DNA of 64,000 nucleotides from Mobula hypostoma (lineage: Eukaryota). Of the stretch, positions 39,319 to 52,490 are shown piece by piece; position 1 is the first letter of the stretch, and every line of letters begins with the position of its first letter. The stretch lies in NCBI RefSeq assembly GCF_963921235.1, contig NC_086110.1, positions 558,001 through 622,000 on the forward strand, in the 5' to 3' direction. Under the pieces are notes generated by a model. It did not search any database. It had not been told where the DNA came from and saw only the letters and a list, made by a program, of their open reading frames with translations. A program made the position numbers and the translations under genes.

Positions 39319-40380
39319 AGAACAGAGGTAAGGAAGGATTGTTTTTGCCAAAGATTGGTAAATCTGTGGAATATTCTGCCACAGACTTCAGTGGAGGCCA
39401 ACAGCGTGGGTATACAGTATTTAACGCGGATTGATCGTTTCTTGATCGTTTACGGCATCAAAGAATATGGCGAGGAGGCAGATGTATGAGTATGAGTGGG
39501 AAGTGGGATCAGCCTTGATGGGATGACAGAGCAGACGCGATGGGCTGAATGGCCTGATTCTGTTCCGGTGTCTTATGGTCTATTGTCTGACGGGCACGAG
39601 CATCTCCAGTATCAACACATCTTCAAAAGACGATGTCACAGAGAAACGGAATCGATCATTAAGTACGTGGATCACACAGGCCATGCCAACTACTTATTGT
39701 TAACGTCAACGACGATATTTAAGAGACTGGACAGACACACTTAACGGTTTTGCGGTCCCATATTTCTGAATGGACATGGAAGCCACCTTCACTTTTTCAC
39801 CATTTTTGCACTCTTTTTGCACAGCCTATCTAGTGTTTTTTATTTGTGCATTATCTATTGCAACGCAATGCTGCCGCAAAACAAGAAATTCTCGGCATAT
39901 GCCGGTGATGTTGAACCTAAATATCATTCTTATTCAGATTTTGAAGTGATAATATTTATTGAGTAGCAGGCTGTTTTCCAGCTACTTGTATTCCGAATTG
40001 AGATTCGTATTTGGGTACTGTAGCATGTAGACATTGTGCACCAACGTAAGGAGCATAAATTTCCTACAATGGGAGAAGGACGTTCAGTGTTACATGTCTG
40101 GGATGCATCTTATTTATCCGTTACCAGCCGACGTATTCTGAGAGAATGTGTGACTTCAGTATCAGAGCATATATGAAGAGAGAACGCCACTGTTTAATAC
40201 GGCAGAATACGGAAAAGGGCATGCAACTAATTTAGGTTCTCAACGCAAACACGAGGAAATCTGCAGATGCTGGAATTTCAAGCAACACACATAAAAGTTG
40301 CTGGTGAATGCAGCAGGTCAGGCAGCATCTCTAGGAAGCGGTAGAGTCGATGTTTCGGGTCGAGACACTTCGTTAGGACA

Positions 40381-40408
40381 GAAAGAAAGAAAGAAAGAAA
40401 GAAAGAAA
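40381..40408. repeat. (GAAA)n microsatellite
   Basis: direct reading. Confidence 0.95.
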
Positions 40409-41219
40409 GGGCCTTTCGTGCAATAGCCGAAATTTAAAATCACCATTTACAGAAGTGATTATAATTCATCTTTTGGTTTCTTATTGTCACATGTTCCTAA
40501 ACACGGGAAGAAACTTGCCTGGAATGCTGTTTGTAGAGACTAATTCAATACATTTAAATTAGAATTGTGAAAGAATTTAAGGCGCTTTGGATATGTAGGG
40601 ATTAATCTAAACTGAAACAACTCTCTGAGTCGGCTTGATCTATTCTGTCGGCTGCTGCTTAGAATTTTTCCCCGCCTCAATAATAGTTAAATATACTTGA
40701 AAGCAGCAAATTATGCTCATTACTGGGAAAGACAAAACTGTTAGATTTTCAGGAAAGGAAACCTGTCTATAATGTTTCTTCACCCAGAAGGATTTTAAGT
40801 TCTTCTACAGTTCAGAAGTATTTGTGGTTGGACAATTAATACATTGTCCATGACCCCTATCACTCGTGAACGAATTAAAATGATTACTCAAACAGATTGG
40901 AAATAGCTTTCAATTTACTTTGCACCCTTTTCTGTTGAAATAAATGATATTTCGTTAACGGTGATGCCAGCTATTTTGTTTATTAACAGATGGTCGCCAC
41001 AAAGTGGTGGAATAACACAATACGTACTGTTATGAATTGTAACTGTTCAGAAATAAACCATCAGCAAGACATTTCACACGTAAATTAACGGCAAAATGAT
41101 AAGAGGGGCAAACTGTGGCGTTGCTGCGCGACATTAGACATTAAATAAATATTTTTCTTAATCCCCCAAAGGACAATTAAAGCCAAATCAGTTGTTTCTG
41201 CATGATGGGAAGTATAAAT

Positions 41220-44120
41220 AAATAGCACATACCAAATGTTAGAGGAACTCAGTAAGCGATGCATAAGAGTATAAGATTTAGGAACAGAATTAGGTTATTT
41301 GGCCCATCGAGGCTTCTCCACCATTTCAGTATGGCTGTTCCACTTTTCCTCTCAGCCCCAATCAGCTGCCTCTTCCTGTTTATATTCATCCCTTGACCAA
41401 TAAAAGGCTATCAACCTCTGTCTTAAATATAGGTAAACATTTGTCCTCCAGAACCACCTGTGTCACCGAATTCCATAAGTTCACTACCCTTTGGGTGAAG
41501 AAATTCTTCCTCATATATGTTCTAAAAAGACCCTGTGACCTCTGGTTGTAGGGTTTCTAGCCATCGAATACATACTATCCATCTCCACTCGATCAATGCC
41601 TTTCACCATTCGATCGGTTTCAATGAATTGTAGTGAATGCAGGCCCAGAGGCTGTTCATATGAGGTGAACTTCCTTTGAACCCTTTCCAGTGCTAGCACA
41701 GTATTTCTATGATAACAGGGCCAATCATGCTCATAATACTCCAACAGAGGCCACGCCAGTACTATATAAAGCCTCAACATTACCTCCTGGTATTTTTTTA
41801 TTCCCTCCTCTTGGGATGAATGCCAACATTGAAATTGCATTGCTCACCGCAGACTCAATCCGCGAACTAACTAATAGGGACTCTCAAGTTGCACTACCAC
41901 TCTTTTTTTTTTTAAATTTTACTCTCGATTTAGAAAATAGTCATTCTTTTATTTCTTCTAACCAAGTGCATGACTGTACATTTTCCTGACACTGTATACC
42001 ATCTTACCCTTCTTTGTCCATTCTCGTGATAAGGTTACGTCCTTTTGTAGCTTCTCCAGTTCTTCAAAACAACCTGCCCTTTTACGTATCTTCATATCGT
42101 CGGCAAATCTTGAACCAAAGCCATCAATTCTGTCATCGAAATCATTGACATATAACGTACAAAAGTAACCCCAACAGAGGCCCCTGTGAAACACCAGTAG
42201 TCAACCCATAGTCAACCAGAAATGGCTTCCTTTATTCCCACTCCTTTTTTCCTGACAATTGAAAACTACTTTATCGATCCTAGGATATTTCCTGTATTAA
42301 CATAGGCTCATAATTTGTTAAGCAGCCTCATGTGTGGTGCAGTTAAAGTCATTCTAAAAATCCTAGTACCCAGCGTTAACCGATTCTTCTTTACTATCCA
42401 ACTTGTTATTTCTTCAAAAAATCTCAGCAGATTTGTCAGACAAGTGTTTCCCTTAAAGAAACCATGCTAGCTACAGCATGTTTGATCATATAGTGATTCT
42501 GTTTTACAAATTATGCAACTGAAGAAACTTATACTAACCTCTTTAATAGTATTAGCTTGCTTACCTCTTAGTAGTTTCCTGCTGCTTTTAAAATATTTAC
42601 CAATCTTCCTAATTACCCAGTGATTATTACTTTATTGTTTGTCCTCCATTTGGATTTTATCTCTGACTTCTCTTGTTAGCCACAATTGTGTCATCATGCC
42701 TTCAGAATGATTCTTCCACTTTGGATTGTATATATCCTGTAGCTTTCGATTTGTTTCCAGAACTTGCACCTTTACTGCGCAGCCGTCATTCCTGCCAGTT
42801 TTCATTTCCAGTGATTTTGACCAAGTGCTCCCTCATGCCTCAGTAATTGTCTGGTAATGCCTTTGACTTTAGCCTAGCCTAGCGCGAATTTTGGTATATT
42901 TTAACAGCTGTCCAAGAGGAGTACTTTTACCTTAAGCTCTCTCATCTTTCCGGTTAACTGCGCAACATCCAGAATAGCTAATTTTCCTGCTAGTTGGTCT
43001 AAACAGTTAACAGCTAGTTCCTCTAAAAAGCCACCTCATAGGTTTGCTAGAAATTTTCTTTCATGGATTCCTGCACCAACCTTATTTTCCCGATTTACCT
43101 GCATATCAAAATCCCCCATGACTGTTGCAACATTTAAATTCAGGCTGCATTTTCTGTCTCCCGTTCTGAATTGTAGACCACAACCTTACTACTCCCGAAC
43201 AACTCTTAGCAAACCTATCCGCAAGATCATGGAAACCCTTGGTTTCATGTCCCTTTACCCCAGAAGAGATTCCAATGACCATATGTCTGAACCTATATTC
43301 CATGCACCAGTTCCTTAGCCACAGCATTCACCTGCCAAATCGTCCAATTTTTATTGTAACTTGCATGTGGCACACGCAGCAATTCAGAGATCACTATCTG
43401 CGAGGTCCTGTTTTCAGAGTTCTACCCAATCCGTAAGTTCCCTCTTCCAGACCTCCTTTCTTTGTCGCCTATCTCATTGATACCAATATGCCGCAAGACA
43501 TCTGGGTGTGTACAGTCGTCCTTGAGAATGCCATGGGACCGATCTCAGACATCAATGATCATGGCACTGGAGAGGCAACATGCAGTCCGGGTGTCTCCAA
43601 CACACACACACACACAGAATTTCCTCTCTGCCTCTTTGACTGTGGGATCTCCTATTAGCACTGCAGTCCTGTTCACTTGTCTGTTCTTCTGAGCTACAAC
43701 AGCAAGGTTAATGCCAGAGACACGGTCACTGTGGCTCACTCCTAGCACGATGTTGCCTTTAACGGTATCTGAACTTGTGCACTTATTATTCGGAAAAATG
43801 GCCGCAGGCTTACTATGCACTGGCTGTTCATTTCTCTTCCTCCTCTTAATAGTTATCCAGTTACCGGTCTCCTGAAATACAGAGGTGACTTCCTCCTTGT
43901 AGCTCCTATCTATCAGTTCCTCATTCTTCAGTGTGAGTCGAACGTCACAGAGCTGCAGTTTCAGTTCCTTCATATGTTTTCTCAGCAACTCGGTGCACGT
44001 GGTGCCGGTATGTTTATCCGGGAGAATGTGGGCATCCAAGACTTCTTGCATCCTACACACAGTACAAAACACTGCCCCTGGAGCCATTCTCATTGCACTA
44101 CTGTGTCCTAGCAGGCGAGG
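41220..44120 (-). mobile_element. Decayed CR1-type LINE (ORF1 to 3' end)
   Basis: ORF1-like CTVCRMQEV...AVLIGDP; RT relics FADDMK and LERVQRKFT. Confidence 0.75.
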
Positions 44121-45529
44121 AATGAACAAATAAGAGGAAAGGAAGAGATGAGGAGCGCAGTGATCGTGAATAGCCAAAGCTATTTTTCCAGGGCTGATAT
44201 GGCTAACACGATGAGGCATAGTTTTAAGGTGCTTGGAAATAGGTACCGTGGTGGATGCCCAGGGTAAGTTTTCACAGAAAGTGGTGTGGGTGGAATGCAC
44301 TGCCGGCCACGGTGATGGACGCGAATGCAATAGGACATTTTAACATCATTTTAGTTAGGTGCATGAAGCTTAGAAAGATAGCCAGGGAAGTTCTTGGCAG
44401 TTTCTAGAGTAGGTTTTATGGTCGGCACAACATTGTGGGCCTAAAGTCCTGTAATATGCTGTAAGTTTCTATATTCTCTGTTTCTAAATTCACCAGATAC
44501 GTTAGTTCGGCCAAGACTGATGAGCCAAAGCCTTTTTAAACACTGGCACAATCAATATAATGTCTACTCCTCTTGCACTTGCCTTATTTCTATTGGCTCT
44601 TGCTCATAATATGCTTACAGCCCGAATTATGTACACAAATGTGCATGCAATATGAAAATTCTGAAATTATTTGAAGAAATAACAACGCTATGGGATAAGA
44701 CATTACTGCTGGACGTTTGGCATTTCAAAATCTGCTTGCTAAGTTGCACAAATCATGACTATTAGCAGACCGTAGATAATCAATGGGCAAATTTACAAAT
44801 GCTGGCGATATTGATAAATGGAGGGTGTGAAATGTGCTCAAATTCGGAAAGAAAATATAGAGACTCCTGCAAAACTAGATGTTTCAAATTATTCTCTACA
44901 GTATATGCATACAGCGAGTGAATAAAACATTGTCGACCAGTTATTTTATTTCCTTTTCCCTCGAGAAACAGAAGAATAATTTGAACATCTGCTGATGACA
45001 TGGGTGAACAGTGGCCAATAGAGTAAGCTAGACGAGCCGAATGACTCGGTTCTGTGCAGCAGAGTGTTCACACTGTAATATAAGGAGCTTAGTCAATGGG
45101 ATATAACGACGCAGTAGATTAGTTTACATCAACTCCTGTAATACTTTTGGCAATATTTCAAATTGTACTCCCTTCCGGTATGACAAAGCACAAAGAAAAA
45201 CCGTGTTAGCAAACTGGATCTAAAATTGTTTTCTTGATAGGGGACAAACTTGACAACTGGATGATTTTTATTCTTTCGGGATGTTTGCTATTGACAAGTT
45301 GCGATTGCAACATGGATGCCTAATTATATAACTCGTGGAGAGGTAGTTAGCCATTAAATTCTGACATCTACATTTTGGGTTTATTCCTCTTGTATGAAAA
45401 ATAGAGCAAATGAAAGTTGGAAGGTTGGTCTTATGTTGCAAATCCATACCACGCTAGAACATGTTGAAACTCTAGGACAGCGTGGATAAGAAGGCACTTG
45501 ATAGGTTTGGCTCATAGGACATGGTACTG

Positions 45530-48500
45530 AGATTAGACCAGAAGACCATAAGATATAGGAGCAGATATAGGTCATTAGGGTCATCCAGTCTGCTCCGTCA
45601 TTAAATCATAGACTGATGTAATTCGTCCAGTCATCTCCACTCTCCTGTTTTCACCCCATACCCTTTGATGACTTGGCTAATCAAAGGCCTATCAATCTTT
45701 GCCTTAAATACAGCCAATGACCTGGCTTCCACAGCCGATTATGGCAACAAATTCCATATTTACCACCTTCTGACTAAAGTAATTTCTCCGCAGCTCAGTT
45801 CTAAAAGGACGTCCTTCAATCCTGAAGTCATACCCTCTTGTCCTAGAGTCCTCTACCATTGGAAATAAGTTTGCCATATCTAATCCGTTCAGGCGTTTTA
45901 ACATTCGGAATGTTTCTGTGAGATGCCCCCTCATTCTCCTGAACTCCAGGGAATCCAGCCCTAGAGCTGCCAAAGTTTCCTCATACGGTAAACCTTTCAT
46001 TCCCAGAATCAATGTCGTGAATCTTCTCTGAACCCTCTTCAATGTCAGCATATCCTTTCTAAAATAATCAGCCCAAAAACTGCACAGAATAATACAAGTG
46101 TGGTCTCACGAGTGCATTTTAGAGCCTCAACATCGCGTCCCTGCTCTTATATTCGATACCTCCAGATAGCAATGCCAACGTTGCATTTGCCTTCTTCACA
46201 ACTGACTCGACCTGGAGGTTAACGTTTAGGGTACCTTGCACAAGAGCTCCCAACTCCCTTTGCATCTCTGTATCTTGAAATCTTTACCTCTCTTAATAAT
46301 AGACAACGCGTTTATTTCTTCCAGCAAAGTGCATGACCATACACTTTCCAACATTGTATTTCATTTGTCAGTTCTTTGTTCATTCCTCTAAACTATCTAA
46401 GTCTCTCTGCAGCTCTCTATTTCTTCAAGACTACTCTCTCCTCCACCTACATTTGTTTCATCGGCAAATTTAGCAACAAATCCATTAATACCGCATTCGA
46501 AATCATTGACGAACATCTTAAAAAGCAGCCGTCCCAATACCGACCACCGTAGAACTCCACTGGTACCTGGCTGCCAGCCAGAATAGGATCTCTTTATTCC
46601 CACTCTCTGTTTTCTGCCGACCGGCCAATGCTCCCCCGACGCTATTAACTTCCCTGTAATTCCATGGGCTCTTATCTTGCTGAACAGCCTCACGTGTGGC
46701 ACCTTGTCAAAGGCCTTCTGAAAATCCAAGTAAATCACGTCTACTGCATCTCCTTTGTCTACCCTGCTTGTAATGTACTCAAATAAATGCAGCTGGTTTG
46801 TTGGGTATATTTTTCCTTTTAGCAAACCATGCTGGCTTTGCTTTATATTGTCATGTGCCTCCAGGTGCTGTGTAATCTCATTCCTAACAATTAATTACAA
46901 CAACTTTCCAACCACTGATATCAGGCTAGCAGGTCTATAGTTTCCTTTATACTGCTTCCCATCCTTCTTAAATAGCAGAGTAACATTTGCAATTTTCTGG
47001 TGCACTGCCAGAATCTACCAATTCTTGAAAGATCATTGCTAATGCCTCCACAAACTCTCCAGCTACTTCTTTCAGAACCCAAGGATGCACTCCATCGGGG
47101 TCAGGAGGTCTATCCACCCACAGACCATTACGCATCCTGAGCACCTTCTCATTCGTAATTTTCACTGCACAGACTTCAGTTCCCTGACACTCCTGAATGT
47201 CCGTTTTACTGCAGATGTCTTCCACTTCGGAGACTGATGCAAAATGTGCATTCAGTTCCTCTGTCATCTCTGCATCTCTGATAACAATATCTCCAGCATC
47301 ATTTTATTTTGGTCTCATATCTACCCTCGACTCTCTTTTATTCTTTATATACTTAAAAAAGCTCTTAGTATTTTCTTTAATATTAGTAGCCAGTTTTCTC
47401 TCAGAATTCATGTTTTCCTTCCTAACGACGTTCTTTGTTTACTTCTGCAAGTTTTTAAGAGCTCCCCAATCCTGTATTTTCCCACTAGCGCTGGCTTCCT
47501 TGTATACACTCTCTTTAGCTTTTATTTTGGCTCTGACTGCACTTGTCAGCTAGGGTAGTGTCCTCCTTCCCTTGAAAATTTCTTATTTGGAATGTATATG
47601 TTTTGCACTTCCCTCATTTTCCTCAGATACTCCAACCATTGCTCATCTGTTGTCTTTCCTGCAATTGTCTGTTTCCAGTTAACTTCGGCCAGAACCCCTC
47701 TCATGCCATTGTAATTTCCTTTATTCCACTGAAATACCGACACATTGGATTTCATTTTTCCCTTCAAATTTCAATGTGAACTTCATCATATTGCGATCAC
47801 TTTTCCCTGAGGATTCCTTCACCGTAAGCTCGCTTATCATGTCCGCACCATTGCACAATATCTAGTTCAGCGCAGCCGATCACCTAGTGGGCTCACCGAC
47901 AAGCTATTCTAAAAAGCCATTCTTTAGACATTCTACAGATTCTCTGTCTTGATGTCCAGAGCTGACCTAGTTTCCCAAACCACTTTCATCTTCAAAACCC
48001 TAACGATTATCAACACATTGCCTTTCAGACACGTCTTTTCCAACTCCTGCCGTATTTTGTTATCCATATCCCCACCATAAGACAGAGGAGCAGAATTAGA
48101 CCATAAAGCCCATCGAGTCTGCCCTGCCATTCCAGCATAGCTAATCCCGGATCACACTAAACCGCAATCATCTGCATTCTCACCATATCCATTGTAGCCC
48201 TGTCTGGTCAGGAAACGGTTAACATCCGCCTTAAATGTTTGTCCGAACTTGGCCTCCACCCCATTCTGTGGCAGAGCATTCCACAGATTTACTACTCTCT
48301 GGCTAAAATAAAAATCCGCCTTACCTCTGTTCTATAGTGTCGTCCCTTATCTTTGAGGCTGTGCCCTCTTGTTCCGGACACCCCCACCATAGGAAACATC
48401 CTCTCCATATTACCACACATTCGGTAGATTGCAATGAAATCACCCAACGCCGGCTCCCTCCCCCGCCTCCCGCCACACACACACATTCTTCCAAATTCCA

Positions 48501-48920
48501 GTGAGTACAGGCCCAAAGCTGCCAAATGCTCTTCGTATCTAATCCCCTTAATCCTCGTGAAACCCCTCTAAACTCTCTCCAATTACACCACATGCTTTGG
48601 GAGATATTGGGCAAAAAAACATTGACAATTTTCCAAGTGCGATCTGACTAGTTTCATAAAGGCTCTGCGTTACCTCCTTGTTCTTTTATTCTACTCCGGT
48701 GAAATAAATGACATTGCCTTCTTTACCACAAACTCAACGTGGCAGTCTTGCACGAGTACTCCGAAATCTATTTGCACCTCTCATGTTTGAACCTTCTCTT
48801 CATTTAGATTATAGTCCGCAGTATTGTTCCTTTTACGAAAATGCATTATCAATCATTTCCCAGTACTGTACTGTTTTGCCATTCTCCGAATTTGTCTAAG
48901 TCCTGCTGCAGTCGCATTGC
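45530..48920 (-). mobile_element. Stack of decayed CR1-type LINE fragments
   Basis: YLDFQKAFDKVPH, FADET and LKRVQRRFT motifs; several cataagac-type tails. Confidence 0.8.
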
Positions 48921-49603
48921 TTCCTCAGCACTCCCTACCCCTCCAGCTTAATTTGTGTCGACGTCATTTCGCAGCTGGACAAAATATAAGCTAATGCATT
49001 CTGAAGATTTACGTTCTCTGCAAGACGTGGAAGGGTGGTGAGATATCAGAAGAGAATCATAGATGATGTCTGAAATAGTGAAATGTTGTTGTAAGGAGCA
49101 GTTGGATAGGTTCGGATTACGAAGTTGAGGATGATTTTGTGGAAGTTTATTTACGTATGAGAGACACATGTAATCCAGATAGACAGTGTAATTTTACTAC
49201 GGCAGGGGAGTCCAGAACTTGAGAAGAACTGTTTGAAATGATGGTATTGAATTTCATAAGAAGAGTGTGTATTTAAGTAATAGGGTGTAGTAGGATGAGC
49301 TTCCCGGAAGGTTGTGGAAGCAGATACAGCCAACACTTAAAATCTATTTGAACTATGAATTACATAGGAAAATGTCGTGTGATGCGGGCTCAAGGCTGTT
49401 AATAGGGCTTTCGTTTCTATACAAATGCTGAGCTGAATACAATCTCCGATGCAATGGTCCATTAATTGTAGCTTTTTTTTGTTTTCTTGGACTTGGTGAT
49501 GTCTCATTAAAATCCTATGCTTACTCCACAGTTGTTACGAAACAGTAACAGAGTATGATTGATCTTGGGACACCACGATGGCCCGTAACGTTTAATACAA
49601 TTA

Positions 49604-49771
49604 TCAATGGCTATATGGTGCTCTTTTCGTTTCCAGATGTCTCGCCTCTTCCTTTATCTTTATTCCTGCATACTCGGTCCCATGAGTCTTCTGCACTCTT
49701 CTTGCGTTTTTCTGAGAAGCGGCGACATCCACACATGCATACATCAATTTATCCTCAGTTCCTTGTATGAT
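49604..49771 (-). CDS. Gene B: terminal cytoplasmic exon with ITIM (LMYACV) and ITSM (TEYAGI)
   Basis: tgtttccatag| acceptor after an 88-nt intron; phase 0; IIQGTEDKLMYACVDVAASQKNARRVQKTHGTEYAGIKIKEEARHLETKRAPYSH*; TGA at 49604-49606. Confidence 0.8.
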   Translation of the reverse strand: MIQGTEDKLMYACVDVAASQKNARRVQKTHGTEYAGIKIKEEARHLETKRAPYSH

Positions 49772-49859
49772 CTATGGAAACAATAATTAGAGATAAAGAG
49801 CTGCTGATCCAGTACTTTGAAAAACTGATTTGTGCAGTGAACTCTCTCTTTTATCTTAC

Positions 49860-49967
49860 CAGTGCATTAGTGCGTTCGGCTTCATATCTGACTTTCTTGT
49901 TTTTATTATCCCTTCTAAAATTTAGATCTGCATAGGAAGGACTGCCGATATCCTGGCTTTCTGAAGC
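49860..49967 (-). CDS. Gene B: cytoplasmic exon 2 with YADL motif
   Basis: ttgtttttctcag| acceptor and CTG|gtaag donor; 108 nt, phase 0-0; ASESQDIGSPSYADLNFRRDNKNKKVRYEAERTNAL. Confidence 0.8.
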
Positions 49968-50039
49968 CTGAGAAAAACAATTTTTTATACTTCAATTAAC
50001 TCTGCAATAACCAACACACTGTGGACAGAAAACAAGATT

Positions 50040-50960
50040 AATCGTAAACAACAGGAATTCTGCAGATGCTGGAAATTCAAGCAACACACATCAAAGTTGC
50101 TGGTGAACGCAGCAGGCCAAGCAGCATCTATAGGAAGAGGCGCAGTCGACGTTTCAGGCCGAGACCCTTCGTCAGGACTAACTGAAGGAAGAGTGAGTAA
50201 GGGATTTGAAAGCTGGAGGGGGAGGGGGAGATGCAGAATGATAGGAGAAGACAGGAGGGGGAGGGATGGAGCCGAGAGCTGGACAGGTGATAGGCAGAAG
50301 GGGATACGAGAGGAGCATGGGACAGGAGGTGCGGGAAGAAAGACGGGGGGGGGGGTGACCCAGAGGATGGGCAAGAGGTATATTCAGAGGGACAGAGGGA
50401 GAAAAAGGAGAGTGAGAGAAAGAATGTGTGCATAAAAAAGAGTAACAGATGGGGTACGAGGGGGAGGTGGGGCCTAGCGGAAGTTAGAGAAGTCAATGTT
50501 CATGCCATCAGGTTGGAGGCTACCCATACGGAATATAAGGTGTTGTTCCTTCAAACTGAGTGTGGCTTCATCTTTACAGTAGAGGAGGCCGTAGATAGAC
50601 ATGTCAGAATGGGAATGGAATGTGGAATTAAAATGTGTGGCCACTGGGAGATCCTGCTTTCTCTGGCGGACAGAGCGTAGATGTTCAGCAAAGCGGTCTC
50701 CCAGTCTGCGTCGGGTCTCGCCAATATATAGAAGGCCACATCGGGAGCACCGGACGCAGTATATCACCCCAGTCGACTCACAGGTGAAGTGATGCCTCAC
50801 CTGGAAGGACTGTTTGGGGCCCTGAATGGTGGTAAGGGAGGAAGTGTAAGGGCATGTGTAGCACTTGTTCCGCTTACACGGATAAGTGCCAGGAGGGAGA
50901 TCAGTGGGGAGGGATGGGGGGGGGGGGGGACGAATGGACAAGGGAGTTGTGTAGGGAGCG
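50040..50960 (-). mobile_element. Penelope-like 3' fragment with a well-preserved GIY-YIG endonuclease
   Basis: ORF 50474-50941: GVIYCVRCSRCGLLYIGETRRRLGDRFAEHL...; terminal repeat follows. Confidence 0.88.
50144..50179 (-). ncRNA. Minimal hammerhead ribozyme motif in the Penelope terminal repeat
   Basis: AGTC-CTGACGA-AGGGTCTCGGCCT-GAAAC-GTC-GACT: intact core, stem I AGTC/GACT, short stem II, palindromic ACGT stem III. Confidence 0.65.
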
Positions 50961-51110
50961 ATCCTACCTCCTTTGGGTCCTAGTGCATTGTATCCTTGTA
51001 AAACGCATCATTACTTGACAGATATTGGAAGATATAAATGTATACGGAAAATAAACAGTCCGTCTGATTTTCCTAAACAGTTGGTGAGCTCGTGTATGTG
51101 CCTATATATA

Positions 51111-52370
51111 CAGTGGCATGCAAATGTTTGGGCATCCCTATTCAAAATTTCTGTTACTGTGAATAAGCGAGTAAAAGATGACCTGATTTCGAAAAGACAT
51201 AAAGTTAAAGATGACACATTTCTTTAATATTTTAAGCATGATTACTTTCTTATCTCCATCTTTTACAGAATGAAAATAACAAAAAAAAACAAAGGAAAAG
51301 GGCCCGAAGCAAAAGTTTGGGCCCCCAGCCTGTCAGTACTTAGTACCAACCACTTTGGCAGGTATCTAGCTCTGTGAGATTCTTGGGCCGTCTTGCATGC
51401 ACTGCTCTTTTGAATTTCGATGATGTTTATGTCAGGGGACTGTGAGGGCCATGACGAGATCCTCAGCTGCGCCTCTTGAGGTATTCTATTGAGGACTTTC
51501 AAGTGTGTTTAGGATCATTATCCTGTTGTAGAAGTCATCCTCTTTCCATCTTCAGCTTTTTTAAAGACTGTGTGATGTTTGCTTCCGGAATTTGCTGGTA
51601 TGTAATTGAATTCATTCCTCCCTCTACCAGTGTAATGCTCTCCGTGCCGTTGGCTGCAACACAAGCTCAAATCATGATGAATCCACCCCGTGCTTAACCG
51701 TTGGAGAGATGTTTTTTTTCCAGGAAATTCTTCACCCTTTTTTTTTTACTCCAAATATACCTTTGCTTATTGCGGCGAAAAAGTTTTATTTTAACTTCAT
51801 CAGTCCAGAGGACTTGTTTTCAAAACGCATCAGGCTAGTTTAGATGTTACTTTGCAAACGTCTGATGCTGACTTTTAATGGTGAGGACGCAGGAAACATT
51901 TTCTTCTGATAACTCCTCCATGAAGGTTATATTTGTGCAGATATCGCTGCACAGTAGAACAGTGAACCACCACAGAGTCTGCTAAATCTTCCTGAACGTC
52001 TTTTGAAGTCAAATGTGAGTGTTGATTGCCTTTCTAGCAAACCTACGAGCAGTTCTCTCGGAAAGTTTTCTTGGTCTTCCAGACCTTAATTTGACCTCCA
52101 CTGTACCTGTTAACTGTCATTTCCTAATTACATTACAAGCTGAGGAAACAGCTACCCGAAAACGCTTCGCTATCTTCCTATAGCCTTCCCTTCTCCAGCT
52201 TTGTGGGCGTTATTTAATTTAATTTTCAGAGTGCTAGGTCGCTGCTTATAGGAGCCCATGGATGCTTTTGTAGCGACAGGGATTGAGTAGTCAGGGCATT
52301 TATGAAGCTTTGCAATTTGTATCACCTTGCGTTTGCTAACGATGATTGTGACAAGCCATAGCCCTAACAG
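51111..52370 (-). mobile_element. Tc1-family DNA transposon, decayed
   Basis: TA|CAGTGGCATGCAAA terminus; SSWPSQSPDINIIE motif from the DD34E region on minus. Confidence 0.85.
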
Positions 52371-52490
52371 CCAGTGCACCCCGGTCAAAATTGCTGTTAT
52401 GTGAATAGCAGAGCGAGTAATAGATTACCTGGCTTCCATAAGGGAATAAAATTAAAGATGACACATTTCTTTAATATTTTAAGCAAGATT

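Larger units (their letters stand above)
30490..39590 (+). mobile_element. Decayed, near full-length CR1-type LINE interrupted by two LTR insertions
   Basis: ORF1 at 30490-30956 continues at 35147 (VIGESIVRKANRRFCG esterase-like), then APE/RT relics to 37367, then the 3' end at 39319-39590. Confidence 0.75.

Noticed and set aside
43545-44330. 261-aa minus ORF as a host gene
   Set aside because: Chimera of antisense CR1 3' sequence and CR1 ORF1 (coiled-coil/esterase relic).
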